A stretch of 64,000 bases of DNA from a virus (lineage: Duplodnaviria > Caudoviricetes), in IMG/VR virus record IMGVR_UViG_3300014204_000010, positions 1-64,000 of that record; one strand, given 5' to 3'. The notes beneath the pieces are model-generated. The model saw only the letters and a list, made by a program, of their open reading frames with translations. It was not told the DNA's origin and did no database searches. Made by a program: the position numbers and the translations under genes. Within the stretch, counting starts at the first letter, position 1. Every line of letters begins with the position of its first letter. Below, piece after piece: positions 42,742 to 54,800 of this stretch.

Positions 42742-43959
42742 TTACGGGGCAGACGTGGGTGGAACAAAATCGGTAGTCCACAAAATCCTGTTAGTTAGCA
42801 CACAACCGTCGATCCATGCTACTGTACCGCTTGAATTATATTGACCGCTTAACCCAAATTCTAAATCAAAATTACCCTCCCAAGCATTAGAAAGGGCAGA
42901 AGTGAGAGAACCTTTTAATGATCCATTAATATAAACCTTCACAACTCCAGAAGAAGCTGTGATGGCAATGTGAATCCAAGTAGAAAAGGGAATGGTTAGA
43001 GAGACAGTACCCAAGTTATGACCCCAACGGGTTGAAGCATCATAAGCCTGCATTCCAAATCGGTCGTATTCCACATTGTAATATAATTCAATCCACCTGT
43101 AATTAGCAGAATAATCCCCGATAAGAAAAGACATCCGAGCAGTCTCATAATTTACCATATCAGCTCTTTCGATACGGAACCAACTATGTAAAGTCCAATT
43201 GGTTAAAGGTGTATCTGAAAGATCATAACGTAAACCAGCCCAATCATGGGTGTATGCTGGATGATTAACATAGAGTGAACCAGAACCGAACTTACTTTGT
43301 AGATTGGTAATAGAAGAATAGACATTGTGGGTCAAAGAAGGAGCCGCCGGTGCTTCGTTTATGTAAGTTGTGTCACCCTCATCCCCTTCAAAATTGAGGA
43401 CAAGAATTTGATCAGGATCTACATCTAAAACAATGGACGTATGGATTTCATCCGACAATTCACTTTCCTGACCTCTTCCATCTACAGAGCTTATCCTATA
43501 GTAATAATCGCCTGATGAAGTAGGGATGTGGGTGTATGTTAAATCGGTTATACCGGTAATCTTGTTATCTCCAGTAGTTACTCCTGGAGAAGTATCCCAA
43601 TATATAATATAAGAAACGGCTCTGGGGGAAGCATCCCAAGATAAAACAGAACTCGACCCACCAGCTACTACGGGATTTGCGGGGATAGGGGGAGGAGGGG
43701 TAGGTACTGTATAAGTAGCCGCCACTCTTGGCAGCAGAGTTCCACCCATCTTGTTCAAGATGACATATTGACCATTAACTTTACAAACCAAAACATTCTC
43801 TCCTTCGTGGAGATCCGTTAGATCGTAAAGATAACTCCCCGCACTCACAAGACCGTTCTTCAGGAATAAGGATACTCGACCTTTCTCCCTATTGATTGTA
43901 ATTATCTTTCCTTGTTCGATCTTGTCTGGCTTTATAGTGTTCCCGAGCAATATACTCAT
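42742..43959 (-). CDS. Tail/adsorption protein with fibronectin-III and LamG/ConA-like domains
   Basis: LSWD...YIIYW...YYYRISSVD..G.ES (FN3); WTLHSWFR, WIHIAIT, VYING, WIDG (LamG). Confidence 0.75.
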   Translation of the reverse strand: MSILLGNTIKPDKIEQGKIITINREKGRVSLFLKNGLVSAGSYLYDLTDLHEGENVLVCKVNGQYVILNKMGGTLLPRVAATYTVPTPPPPIPANPVVAGGSSSVLSWDASPRAVSYIIYWDTSPGVTTGDNKITGITDLTYTHIPTSSGDYYYRISSVDGRGQESELSDEIHTSIVLDVDPDQILVLNFEGDEGDTTYINEAPAAPSLTHNVYSSITNLQSKFGSGSLYVNHPAYTHDWAGLRYDLSDTPLTNWTLHSWFRIERADMVNYETARMSFLIGDYSANYRWIELYYNVEYDRFGMQAYDASTRWGHNLGTVSLTIPFSTWIHIAITASSGVVKVYINGSLKGSLTSALSNAWEGNFDLEFGLSGQYNSSGTVAWIDGCVLTNRILWTTDFVPPTSAP

Positions 43960-44822
43960 CGGAATAGCTCCAAGTAACTCGCTGTTCTTAATATGGTTAT
44001 CAAACTCGCTTCCCCATTATCCGCTACATTCCCCGATATAGTCTGGGCAAGAACTTGACTTTTCTGGGTTTTATTTCTACGGGTACTGGTATAAGTCACA
44101 ATGTCACCTACCTCAATTTCGGGAAGATGACAACCTAATGTAATTTCTTTCGACAACGTGGCAAAGGAATGAAGGTTCAATTCAGCTTCCCCTCTGGAAA
44201 CTACCAATGTCGAATTGTTGTAAATCGGATCTCTTATCTCGTCTAAGTCGGTAAAAGGTTTGATCTTAAAGAATCTGTCTCCTGCAATGAGTTCGGAAAG
44301 CTTCAAGTGGTATTCTAGGTCGGAGTAATAGTAACCAACATCCTCATATTCGTCTACAGCTAAAATAACCTTAAGATTGGCATCAGCTACTCCGTAAGCT
44401 ACAAGATTAGTACCCGCTAGTAAATCAGCTTGTGTGGAATATAAGTAGACAGCGGTGTTGTTTACCTTCAAATACCAGGTTTGATTAGGACTAACATTCC
44501 AATCAAAAATCTCCAGATCAGAATGAACAGTACCTACCTCCGTAGTGACAGAGTAGACTTTGCTCATTATGTAAAGGGAGTAATTCTGAGGAGCTTTTAT
44601 TATGCTGAACAAGACGGCTATATCGGTTCGTTTATCTCCAACTTCTACTTCAAACCGAGTTGCCACATTCTGAAAATTGTAGTAGTCCCAGGATTCGACA
44701 AAGAACTCAATACCAATATTGGTAAATAAATCCCGGATTGCTTCAAAGCGGATAACCACATCTTCATAGGTTACTGCCGCTAGGGAAAACTCTACTGAGG
44801 TGTCGTCGTAACCGTCAGCCAT
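43956..44822 (-). CDS. Tail tip protein
   Basis: 288 aa; HLPEIEVGDIV C-terminal hub-like pattern; position in tail block. Confidence 0.55.
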   Translation of the reverse strand: MADGYDDTSVEFSLAAVTYEDVVIRFEAIRDLFTNIGIEFFVESWDYYNFQNVATRFEVEVGDKRTDIAVLFSIIKAPQNYSLYIMSKVYSVTTEVGTVHSDLEIFDWNVSPNQTWYLKVNNTAVYLYSTQADLLAGTNLVAYGVADANLKVILAVDEYEDVGYYYSDLEYHLKLSELIAGDRFFKIKPFTDLDEIRDPIYNNSTLVVSRGEAELNLHSFATLSKEITLGCHLPEIEVGDIVTYTSTRRNKTQKSQVLAQTISGNVADNGEASLITILRTASYLELFR

Positions 44823-44823
44823 A

Positions 44824-45252
44824 TTATCCTCTTATCACTCGACAAATGGGTTTCCCGACAACCCCTGTCTTCCATCCGGAAGTGGGTGATCCTCTAAACT
44901 CTTTACCAAACACAGCTTTTACTTCGGAAAGACCACTCCCTGCTAAGTGAAAACCCCTGACTGCCGTGCTGTTAAAAAGTTTACCAAGAAACCAGAAGGA
45001 TTGTACTTTCGTTGAACCCGTAATCACATTCTGCATAGCTTCCACAAAGAAGTTGTACTTCTCCATTCCTGAGATTTCCATGGAGAAGTTAATGATTTGT
45101 TTGGAGAGCTGATCTACTCCCTCAAAATCAAAAAGCATCTTCTCTATCGGAAGACATTGAGAGTCTCTCCAACCTGGGTTGTCTGATCGAACATCGGGTA
45201 ACATCAGCATTGCGGTGTTGGAGAAGAACAGTCTTATCCGCCAGGAGTTCAT
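44824..45252 (-). CDS. Hypothetical tail-region protein
   Basis: AGGAGG SD before ATG 45252; 142 aa. Confidence 0.55.
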   Translation of the reverse strand: MNSWRIRLFFSNTAMLMLPDVRSDNPGWRDSQCLPIEKMLFDFEGVDQLSKQIINFSMEISGMEKYNFFVEAMQNVITGSTKVQSFWFLGKLFNSTAVRGFHLAGSGLSEVKAVFGKEFRGSPTSGWKTGVVGKPICRVIRG

Positions 45253-45260
45253 AATTCCTC

Positions 45261-45911
45261 CTATGAATATGTGTAGTGAATGGCAAGAACCAAGTCGTTA
45301 TTGTACCAGTCGGCTGCATCCCATGAACCCATCGAGTCCAGAAGAATCTGCTTCATGTTCCAATAAACATAACCGGCACCGGCAAGAGGATTGTCATCCA
45401 GTGTGACGTAAGAATCGGTTCCTGCAAGAGGAGTTCCCGTCCAAGTAGCTGCCCCCGGTACACCGTCTGTAGTCCCTATTGCCTTGAAGACACTGTTTGC
45501 GGGAGTACCGTCACCCAATGGCTTACTGGCCCATGTGGCATGAGTGTTGTCATCGTAAGCTTCAAGGGTAGGTGCGGTAACTGTAGCTCCGCTGAACCAG
45601 GCACAACAAACGTAACGAGTATTTCCACCGCTTCCCCCACCTGCTGTAGTTCCTGCAAGAACTACCTGCTGATAGTCCCCTTCACTATTATCCATAAGAA
45701 AGAGCTTCGGGACTTCAGAGGAACCAGATTGAGGAATAATGGCAGGATAAGATGCACCTGAGATTAAATCCCCACCCATTTGTTGTGAGTCCCTCCATAC
45801 AATAATGTCCCCTGCACCCATAAGCAAGAAGTTAGAATCTCCTGCAGGGTTAGTACAAGCCACATCATTGGAAGAGATGTTAAACAGAATATTTACGGTT
45901 GGTTTGGACAT
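45261..45911 (-). CDS. Tail-region structural protein
   Basis: 216 aa, AGGAGG SD, beta-rich, ends YTYS. Confidence 0.55.
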   Translation of the reverse strand: MSKPTVNILFNISSNDVACTNPAGDSNFLLMGAGDIIVWRDSQQMGGDLISGASYPAIIPQSGSSEVPKLFLMDNSEGDYQQVVLAGTTAGGGSGGNTRYVCCAWFSGATVTAPTLEAYDDNTHATWASKPLGDGTPANSVFKAIGTTDGVPGAATWTGTPLAGTDSYVTLDDNPLAGAGYVYWNMKQILLDSMGSWDAADWYNNDLVLAIHYTYS

Positions 45912-45923
45912 AAAAATTACCTC

Positions 45924-48380
45924 CTAGAAAGGACTCGTTACATAAACTGTGGCATTTGCCGAAACAGTTTGCCACTCATAATCTACATAATCTTCACCGG
46001 TAATTCGAATACCGATGGATTGATTGCAAGCATTGTTTCCTACCTTCAGACTATTGTTAACCACTTCTACAAAACCACTCCCCGAAGTTATTGTCAGAAC
46101 AAAAGAACCAGACACAACTTCTCCACTTGATCTGCATAAGTAGTAAGGACCAAATGTCTGATCTCCCGGGATTGTCTTTGTGGGATTGAGAGGACCGGTT
46201 ATGTTGTAAGTTATCTCTGTACCACTTACTCCACCTGTGTATGTGACTGAGAGGGAAGCAGTCAAACTCTCACCCGTTCTGGGATGAACTCCTTGGACAG
46301 ACACCGATACCGACTGCGAAGGAGTCAACTTATTTGTCGAAAAATACCCTAAGGAGGGAATCTGAAGATAACCAGAACCACTCGCAGCAATCTTAGTTTG
46401 GGTAATGAGTACGGGTGTACCTGTAACTGGATCCATCATGTACAGGTTATAAGGTCCAAACCTTTGAATGTCTTGTCCCCCGTTTGCATAAACACAGGCT
46501 ATCGGACCTTCCACGTAAACGGTCGGTTTTGTCTCTCCCCCACCAGTACCTGTATCACTGACAATGCTTACCTTTATTGACTGAGTTAGTCCTTGCTCGG
46601 TGTCTACATCTACGGATACATTTACCTGAGCATCACCGACATGACTACCCTTCAGGTAATTCCTGACGGAACCTCCCCGAGTATAATCGACAAGAACTTC
46701 GGTACCTGTGGCTACAAACGCATTGAGGTCGATTATCCTTCCTACGAAGGAACTATAGAGATTCGATCCTGTTTTTTGTCCGTAAGCATCAATTAACCAG
46801 ATACCAGTGACTGTAGTTATGGGGCAAGAAAGAACACATTGGGATTGACCAAATATGTCGTTTACTACCTCAGTTTTTTCTCCTGTAATTGTAATGGTTT
46901 CTGTAGCTTTATCAGCCCAAGCAAGATAGCCATTACCTGTAACTTCAAGCATGTGAACAACTACATTAGCCGGACATCCACCATTCTCCACGTAAACGTC
47001 TATAACAGACTGACCCGTGGAAATGGTAGTCGGGTTTGCCGTTATTGTCATGCTCGTCTTACATTTGCAGGAGTTATCCACATAAAGAAGCTTTACATTG
47101 TCTCTCCCTGATACAGAGGCAATTACGTTGACTTCCCCAAGTAACTGTACGGCGGTGGGACTTTCGTAAGCCTTTTCGTCATAGACAATGACATTCTTGA
47201 CCATTCCTGAAGCCATATAACTAATGACAACCATCTGATCACAGAAGTTAAACTGGGTTAAGGTTAGATACACCGTCTTGCCGTCAATGACATAACCGTT
47301 ATTTGCAGCGTAATTAAAACTTCTCGATTTGTCGGAGTATGCCCAGATACCTAAAATTGAAGAAGCCTCAAATTCAGTAGAAACGGAGTTTACCCCGGAA
47401 GCTCTTTTAATCTCGCTGGGAATAAGCATCTCTTGGGTATTCTGACTGGCTGTTTTCTGTAAGTTAGCCGGAGAATGAGGATACTTGAACCACATATCTT
47501 TAGCATTAGCAGGTTCAAAGAACCACTCAACCACAGCATTATTTATGGGAACACTGTCACCGTTCTTTACTTGAGCATAAATAATCAGATCGGTATTTCC
47601 GTCTACACCCATACATTCTGAATCCATAGACATTTCTATGCTGTTCTGGGATGTCGTTTGTGCCGGTGTAATCTTAATCCTATTTCCAAACTCAGGCCAC
47701 TCTGGTTCTTCATTGTAACTCTGCACGATTAAGTCGGTAATATCTACATCAGAGGTGGTTGGTGCCCTGTCTAAAACACGGATACAGATGTCTCCTTGAC
47801 GGTCACAGGTTACGAAACCCTCCGCACCGACAGCTAAGTTGACGAGCTTCTTAAGGACTTCTATAGGAAGCTCGTTATCGGCTTCGAAATTGTCGGCATA
47901 AACATAGAAGTCGGCAAGATCACATTTGTTCTCATCCCAAGTTAGACCTACGGATTCTAACAATTCCTCACAGATGTTATAAAAGGTAGTATCTGCCACC
48001 CAAAGCTTAGTAATCTTTTGAGCAAAGGGTTCTCCCATTATGGCTGTGGACTGTCTTCCCCAAATCCCTGTAGTTGTTTCATTGAGACCTACTCGAAAGG
48101 TCGGTCGTTCTATAAAGAACTCTCCTTGGGATATCCACGCAGGATCGTATTCGTCTTCATATTCATCTTCGGAAAGCTCATTGGTTCTGGTGAAAACTTC
48201 TATTCGTGGACTCTCCGGGATTATAGAAAAATCCAGAGCATCATAAAAAGTCTCATCGGCAAGTTCCAAAGATAATTCCCTACAGAACATCTCAAGACTG
48301 GATTCTATATTGAAGGACAGAACCTTGTCTGTTATATCTACAGTCCCGTCTAATACGAATTTCCAACCGTAGTCTCCCAC
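45924..48380 (-). CDS. Tail tip / baseplate hub-like protein with Ig-like domains
   Basis: 818 aa after Dit-like gene; hub-like N-half and ITANP/VEGP/ITGP Ig-like repeats. Confidence 0.65.
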   Translation of the reverse strand: MGDYGWKFVLDGTVDITDKVLSFNIESSLEMFCRELSLELADETFYDALDFSIIPESPRIEVFTRTNELSEDEYEDEYDPAWISQGEFFIERPTFRVGLNETTTGIWGRQSTAIMGEPFAQKITKLWVADTTFYNICEELLESVGLTWDENKCDLADFYVYADNFEADNELPIEVLKKLVNLAVGAEGFVTCDRQGDICIRVLDRAPTTSDVDITDLIVQSYNEEPEWPEFGNRIKITPAQTTSQNSIEMSMDSECMGVDGNTDLIIYAQVKNGDSVPINNAVVEWFFEPANAKDMWFKYPHSPANLQKTASQNTQEMLIPSEIKRASGVNSVSTEFEASSILGIWAYSDKSRSFNYAANNGYVIDGKTVYLTLTQFNFCDQMVVISYMASGMVKNVIVYDEKAYESPTAVQLLGEVNVIASVSGRDNVKLLYVDNSCKCKTSMTITANPTTISTGQSVIDVYVENGGCPANVVVHMLEVTGNGYLAWADKATETITITGEKTEVVNDIFGQSQCVLSCPITTVTGIWLIDAYGQKTGSNLYSSFVGRIIDLNAFVATGTEVLVDYTRGGSVRNYLKGSHVGDAQVNVSVDVDTEQGLTQSIKVSIVSDTGTGGGETKPTVYVEGPIACVYANGGQDIQRFGPYNLYMMDPVTGTPVLITQTKIAASGSGYLQIPSLGYFSTNKLTPSQSVSVSVQGVHPRTGESLTASLSVTYTGGVSGTEITYNITGPLNPTKTIPGDQTFGPYYLCRSSGEVVSGSFVLTITSGSGFVEVVNNSLKVGNNACNQSIGIRITGEDYVDYEWQTVSANATVYVTSPF

Positions 48381-48848
48381 CTAGTATTCTCCTAAGTCTT
48401 CTCTTTCCAAAACCACAAAATTCATCTCGTAATTAAACCGGGTCATCCCGTAATGTGAGCTGATCAAGTTTCGTCTTGAAATGTAGCCTCTCGGTCGTGC
48501 AAACTTCACAAGAAAACAGTCATAGCCGTCGGTAAAATAGAATTGCCCATTAGATATTTGACTCGCTGCTATAAATGCTTGATTAGTCAAAATCGAAAAG
48601 GCTGCCTCATCTGAGATCGTTATCCTCTGATCCTGTATCTGTTCTCCAAAGTCTTGAACTACGACTCCCCCTAGAGTGGGAATGACCGAACCCCTCATCG
48701 TGTTTCCCGCGAAAGGATCATATGTACCCTTACCGATCGGGTCTGTATCGAACACTATTAAAACAGAAGGAGCAGGATTGAAGGCTTCTTGTGGATCAAG
48801 AGAAGCTCCTAACTCCGTACTGAATAAAGCAAACTTCGATCTAGCCAT
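48381..48848 (-). CDS. Distal tail (Dit)-like protein
   Basis: 155 aa directly after tape measure; position-based. Confidence 0.5.
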   Translation of the reverse strand: MARSKFALFSTELGASLDPQEAFNPAPSVLIVFDTDPIGKGTYDPFAGNTMRGSVIPTLGGVVVQDFGEQIQDQRITISDEAAFSILTNQAFIAASQISNGQFYFTDGYDCFLVKFARPRGYISRRNLISSHYGMTRFNYEMNFVVLEREDLGEY

Positions 48849-51800
48849 GGGATAACCTCATTCTCGCTAATTCTGTTTCCAGTCTCTTTATCTGTTGCCT
48901 GGTGGTTTGTGGGTTACCAACTACTTTCAAGGGAACAGCTTCATTCCCGACCTGTAGATTCAAAGTGAATACTTCCGAGAGCTGTCGGACAATTCCTCCC
49001 TGAGCAAAGTTCTGTGTAGGAGCTTTAAAGTTTGGTACAGAGAAGGTTTTAAGGTTGTTTATGAAATGGAAGAAACCTTCACCAAGCATCTGCACTACAC
49101 CCTTTCGAACGACAAATTCTCCCGGGGTAAGATTTGCGGGAACTGAATCAGTATCACCGGTTCCGGGGACATCTCCACCTTCTCCGAACTGATATGGAAT
49201 ACCGAATCCTGTGAATCCTCCGAAAACGGGTTCTTGCCCTTCTTTAACATACTTAGTCACTACGGTGAAGACAGCCCTCATACCATTGATTTTATTAAAT
49301 AAATCGTTCATTCTGGTCTCGACAGAAGCAATCATGGTGGAAAGAGAAGTCATACCCGTTCCGTCACTCCCCATAAAATGCACTATAAAGTTAGCACTCT
49401 TTGCGGATATAGCAGATGCCAGGTTTTCAAATCTCTTCTTCATGTCGTCGATTAAAGGAGAAAGCATTTTTGCACCTTCTCCAGCATCTCCTTTAAGAGC
49501 AAAGACAGCTTTGAAGTCCGTTTTCCCTACTTCATCACAAAGTTTACGGAAGGAGTTTTGCGTTTCCGTAATCTTCAGGGATAGAGATTTCTTCTCTGTA
49601 CCGTCAGCACCTTCAAAGTAGACAACATAGCTAGGAGGTTTCTCGACAAGCTGTGTCTGGAAGGATGCCAAGGTTTTCATTACTTCGTTTATGGTATTGG
49701 TGAGTGTATCTACAGGAGAAGCCTTACCTAAAATCCTTATGACAATCGCAAACTTATCTCCCCTGTTGCTTTCGTCAATGGCAGTCAGTAACCGGTTCAA
49801 CTGAGCCAGAGCCGAGTCAATATTGATTGCTACGGTCAATTCCTTAGCTAGTCTCTCGGCAACATCGTTGTATTTGGCCATCAAGGTGTCGATAGTCTTC
49901 TCAATTCCCGACATCTTGGACCTTGAAGCATCTGCGGTAGACTGGGCTATATCCACCAGTTTCTTAGTAGCTGCCTCTTGAGCATTTATTAACTGCCCTA
50001 TAAAACCGACTCTTGCATTCTTGGTGGCTTCTGCATCCATGACCTCCTTACCTTCAGCATCCTTCTTCATGACCGTCAGATTTCCGATCATTCCAGATGC
50101 CTTATTGAAGTAATCTTGTGCAGAAGCTACCTTGACCTTTGCAGCATCAAGGGTTAGACTTTTATCGGTTTCATTCAGTTGCTTCCAACCAGCACCTATG
50201 ATAGACTGAATTTCCCGTTCTTTGTCGGCTCTTTGTTGCTCAGAGTCCATTGTCAACCGAAGGGCTTCTCGTCTTTGTCCTTCTAAGTCTTCCTTGGTTT
50301 TAGTCAAAGACCTTTCGGCGTTTTCAATTTCCTTTAAGGCTGCAATGTACTCACTTTTATACCGTTGACCTTCGGCAATCTTACCATCTATAAGACCTTT
50401 GTATTTAACTAGGTCATCTTTGTAAATGGCTGCAAGCTTCTCGGCATTCTCTTGTTCCAAGGCAGCCATCATGTACTTCTTATTTTCCCCGATTATCTGG
50501 GTTTGTTTTTCAAGAAACTCCTTTTTAGCGGCATATACTCTGTTCCAAGCAGCAATCTCCTTGACGGTAGCCTCTTCAATCATTATCTGGCTTTGCTTGT
50601 AGTAGTCGTCTTCAAGTCGGTACTTCTCCATCAAGAAGTTAGTCTGATTAAGGATAGAAGTCTCCGCATGGGATATTTCCTGATTCTTTCGAAGCTCAAG
50701 AGCTTGTAATTGGGCTTCGGAAGCTGACTTCAGCAGTTTGGCTTCGTCCTGATACATCTTGTCCATCATGGATAAGGCTTTTTCAACCATCTTAGCTCTG
50801 GATTCCAGAAGCTTATTGAAGTGATCATCAAATACCTTCTCCTTCTCGGCAAGAAGGAGCTGTTCATCCCCGGTTTCTTTTCTTAAGGTATCGACTGCCT
50901 TCTTGGCTGCTTTCTCAGCCAAAGCAGCTTGCTGGAGGACAAAACCCTGACCCTTAATATCCTGAGCCGCATAATACTCTTGCCATTTAGCCCCTAGAGC
51001 GAATAAGGAATCAAACTGTTTCTGTTGGTAGTCGGACATCCCTGCTTTTAAGGATGCTACCATCTTATCGTTCAATTCCACAATGTTCTTGACGTTATTG
51101 GCATACTCCCCTTGGGGAAGGGAATCTAGGAGTTTTTGTCTCAGTTCCTTAGAAGAATTGATAATAACGGAGGCAGTTTCCTGATAGATGCCAGCCGATA
51201 CTCTGTATTGATTGTTAAACATCTGTTGGGCGGCGTAATTGTCTCTACCCTCTTTTGTTAAAGCCGAGAAGGTTATCTTTAGATTGGTAACAGCCTCTGT
51301 ATAAGCTGAAGTCTCCATTCCCGCCAGAGACAAAAGCAACTTATAGGGTTTAAGTAAATCCATTACAGAGGAGACAGTCGTACCCCATTGAACAAGAAGA
51401 CCTCTGTCCTCATTCAAGTAATCAGAATAGAGTTTAAGGGACTTTGCGGCATTATCGTATTCCTTAACTAAATTCTGGATGGCATCAACAGCCGATCGGG
51501 TAGCCATCTTCTCATATTTAGCCGATACTTCCGTAAGAAGACCGGCTTGGGCTTCTAAATTGCCGTTAAACCGCAGCATTTGGGAAGAAAGTTCAGGGAA
51601 TGTGTCCTTAACCTGTCGTAAAACTGCCAGATAGTCGTCGGTGATTATCTCTCCTTTACTCTGACGATCATTCAAATCAAGGAGAGTTTTGGCGTACTCT
51701 ACGGCTGATTTACTGTTTTCCGTATAAGTTATGGTGTTCTTCTGAAGAGTTTTTCCTAATTCCGCAGAGCTTGTACTGAATGCGTAAATGGCTGACCCAA

Positions 51801-54800
51801 GAGCGATTACTGTGGTTAGTAATAACCCAAAAGGATTGCTGGCAATCACCGCTTTAAGAGCTAACCAAGCTCTACTCAATATACCCACAGAGGAAGCTGC
51901 TCCCACCGATGCTGTTCCTATGTAGCCTATAGCAGCGGCCGATCCTGTAAGAAAGATAGCCAAAGAAGAAAGACTGGCTCTAAATAAGTTCCAAGCTGCG
52001 GTGAGGAGTCCTACGGTCGTAGTTAGCCCCATAGCTTCCACAGTGGCTTTACCTAGCCAACCTACTAATGCAATGTCTAATACTGCTTTTATAGCTATGG
52101 TTAAAATACCTAAGGCAGTCTTGAGAAGGAATACCATTGCTAAGAACTTCGCCATAGCATTGTCGGTAAGATAAGTCATTACATCAACGATCTTGGTTAG
52201 TCCTGTTATCACCGAACCAAAGACATCGGTTAGACCACCCTGACTCATCCTTATTATCATATTAGTAAAGCGGTTACCTAACACAGATATTTTTACGGAG
52301 AGACCTTCGGTCTGGGTACCCGCCATTATGGCAGCAGCCCCGTATTGTTCGGTAAACTTGATCATCATACCAAGATGTTCGTGCATGGTGGAGATAACCA
52401 AAGCAGCATTACCTGCTCTTACGTTAAAGAACTGGACGGCGTTTGTTAAACTTCCACCAACCACTTTACCTAAGTTCTCAGCAACCTTAGCAAGACCGAG
52501 TTTCTTTATACTCAAATCTTCGGTAGTCATCCCCAAATCTTGCAGAGCATTACGGAGTTTAGCCGAAGGATTTTCTAATCCGATGAACACTTGACGTAAA
52601 CTCGTACCTATAGTGGACATTCTCATACCTTCGTTTGACAATGCCATTATAGCTCCTAGAGTTTCCCCTAGACTGGCTCCTGCAGCATGAGCCGCCGGAC
52701 CTATGTAGTTAAACACAGTCCGTAAACCCTCAAGATCGGTCTTAGATTTGTTAGCTGCCATGGTCAACATGTCCATGACTCTTGAAGCATCCTCAGCAGG
52801 TATCTTGAATGCACGAAGTACGGTAGTTAGCAAGTCGGCTGCTGTATTCAAAGGTTCAAGAGTACCCTGGGCACCTCTAGCAGCAGCGGCAATCACCTGT
52901 AAAGATTCCCCTGCACTAAAACCTGCCTGAGCAATGTAAATTGCACCTTTTCCTATTTCAGTAGCCGAATATTTTGTTTTATCCGATATATCAAGGATTT
53001 CATCCCCTAATAAACTGATTTCAGCTTCAGTACCTTGGGATATAGCCTGTAACGCCTTTAACGATTGATCAAATTCAGTTACGGCATTTATTGCCTTTGA
53101 GATGGATTCAATGAACTCCCCGATGATCATGGCAGCTACTATCCAGGCAGCCAAGCTCGTCAAGGCTCTTGTCAAGTTTTGTATGTAACCAGCAGCTACA
53201 TTGGCGGCAGCTCCCCCACCTATTAATCCTTGTGTAAACAAAGACAGGGTGCTCAAGGGGCGGTTTACACCGCTAGAAAATCTACCCAGTTCTGTGACAT
53301 GATTCTGGAGAAGTTTTACCGCTTCTTTATGAGTTACATTTCCTGACTGGATGGCTTGGTCAAGAAGCATTACCACTCTACCAGTTCTTCCACCAGCACC
53401 TTCAACTTTTTCGACTGCTTTCTCCCAAGCAGCCATATTCCTTATTGATTCTCCCCAAGCTTTATCTAAATTAGTTAGATTCACTTGAGCCATTCTGAAG
53501 CTCTGCTGGGTACCTTCCATTTGGGAAATGATTTTTGTGGCACTTTCCCCAAACTTTGTCTGTGACCCTATGAGACTTTGGTACTTGACATTGAGGTATT
53601 CTTGATTGTCGGCAAGGAGTTTGGCTGAGTTAGCTGCCCTGGTAGTCAGCTCCCCATGTGCCCTTAAGTTTTCTTGGGCTGTTTTTAGAGGGACATTTCC
53701 TTCTGCAAACTTCTGTCCCATGTATTCAATGGCACTTGCAGAAGCTTTGGTGTTCTTTTCTGCCCAAGTAACAAAGTCGGAGTAGGTCTGTATTCCCCTT
53801 CCAGCTTCATTGGCTCTATTTGCCACTCCCTGTAAAGCGGCTTGATAGTCTGCCCAAGTTTTGATCTGGGTACCAAACTTGTCATGGATGGAATCAGCAG
53901 CTTTCCCAAATTCGGAGTACTTAGTTCGAAGGGCATCGACTCTTTCCTCTACTTGTTGGGAACTTCTTCCTAACTGTAGGTACTGATCTCCGATCTTTGC
54001 AACTTCTCCTCTTAGAAAGGAAGAGGCTACAGCTTGTTTATCGACGGTAGCAGCCCATTTCTCCCCCGCCAATCCCATCTGATTCATTCGCTCTATGTTA
54101 CCAGCAACAGCTTTCTCTGCCGCTATCATGGCGGAGTTAGCCGCACTTTGCTTGTCCCTCAGAGCTTCCAGTTCCCTTCTTGCATCAGGAACAGTCTTGA
54201 TGAAATTGCCTAAACGATCTTTTACCGAAGTGAAGTTATCCTTACCAAATTCGTCTTGCATCTGGGCAAAAGTACGCTGCAAGGTGGTGAAAGATTGACT
54301 CGTGCTGAAAACAACTCCTTGGGAACGGACTAATTCTCCGTTCAAAGCTGAATGAGCAGCCCCTACTCGGTCTACCCCATCTGACCAGTTCTTTAAGTCT
54401 CTTGGAAGAGCATTCATTCCAAGTTGACTTCGCACTTTACCGAAGGAGGCTTCAGCTTGAAGGACTTTCTTTTCAGTTCGGTCTAATGCTCCGACTAGAT
54501 CGTTAAATCGGTTTATGGAAGTACCAGATTCCTTAGCCAATTCGGCAAGAGCTTTCCTGTACTGAAAGCTCTCACCACTGGCCGATTTCAATTTCTGTAC
54601 TAACCTATCATATACTGGACCTTGAAGTTCGGTACTATGGATTGATGAAATGGTAGCGGCATCCAGACCTTTTAATTGTGCCCTTGTCTCTGCAAGAGTT
54701 CTGCCATGGCTTTCTGAAGCTTTCGTAGCCTTATCTTCAGCAGCAACTAGTTCGGTGAGACGGCTCTTGGACTCTGTGGTTCCAGCAGCTAAATCCTTCA

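Noticed and set aside
42742-43959. Diversity-generating retroelement target
   Set aside because: No reverse transcriptase and no template/variable repeat pair seen in the window
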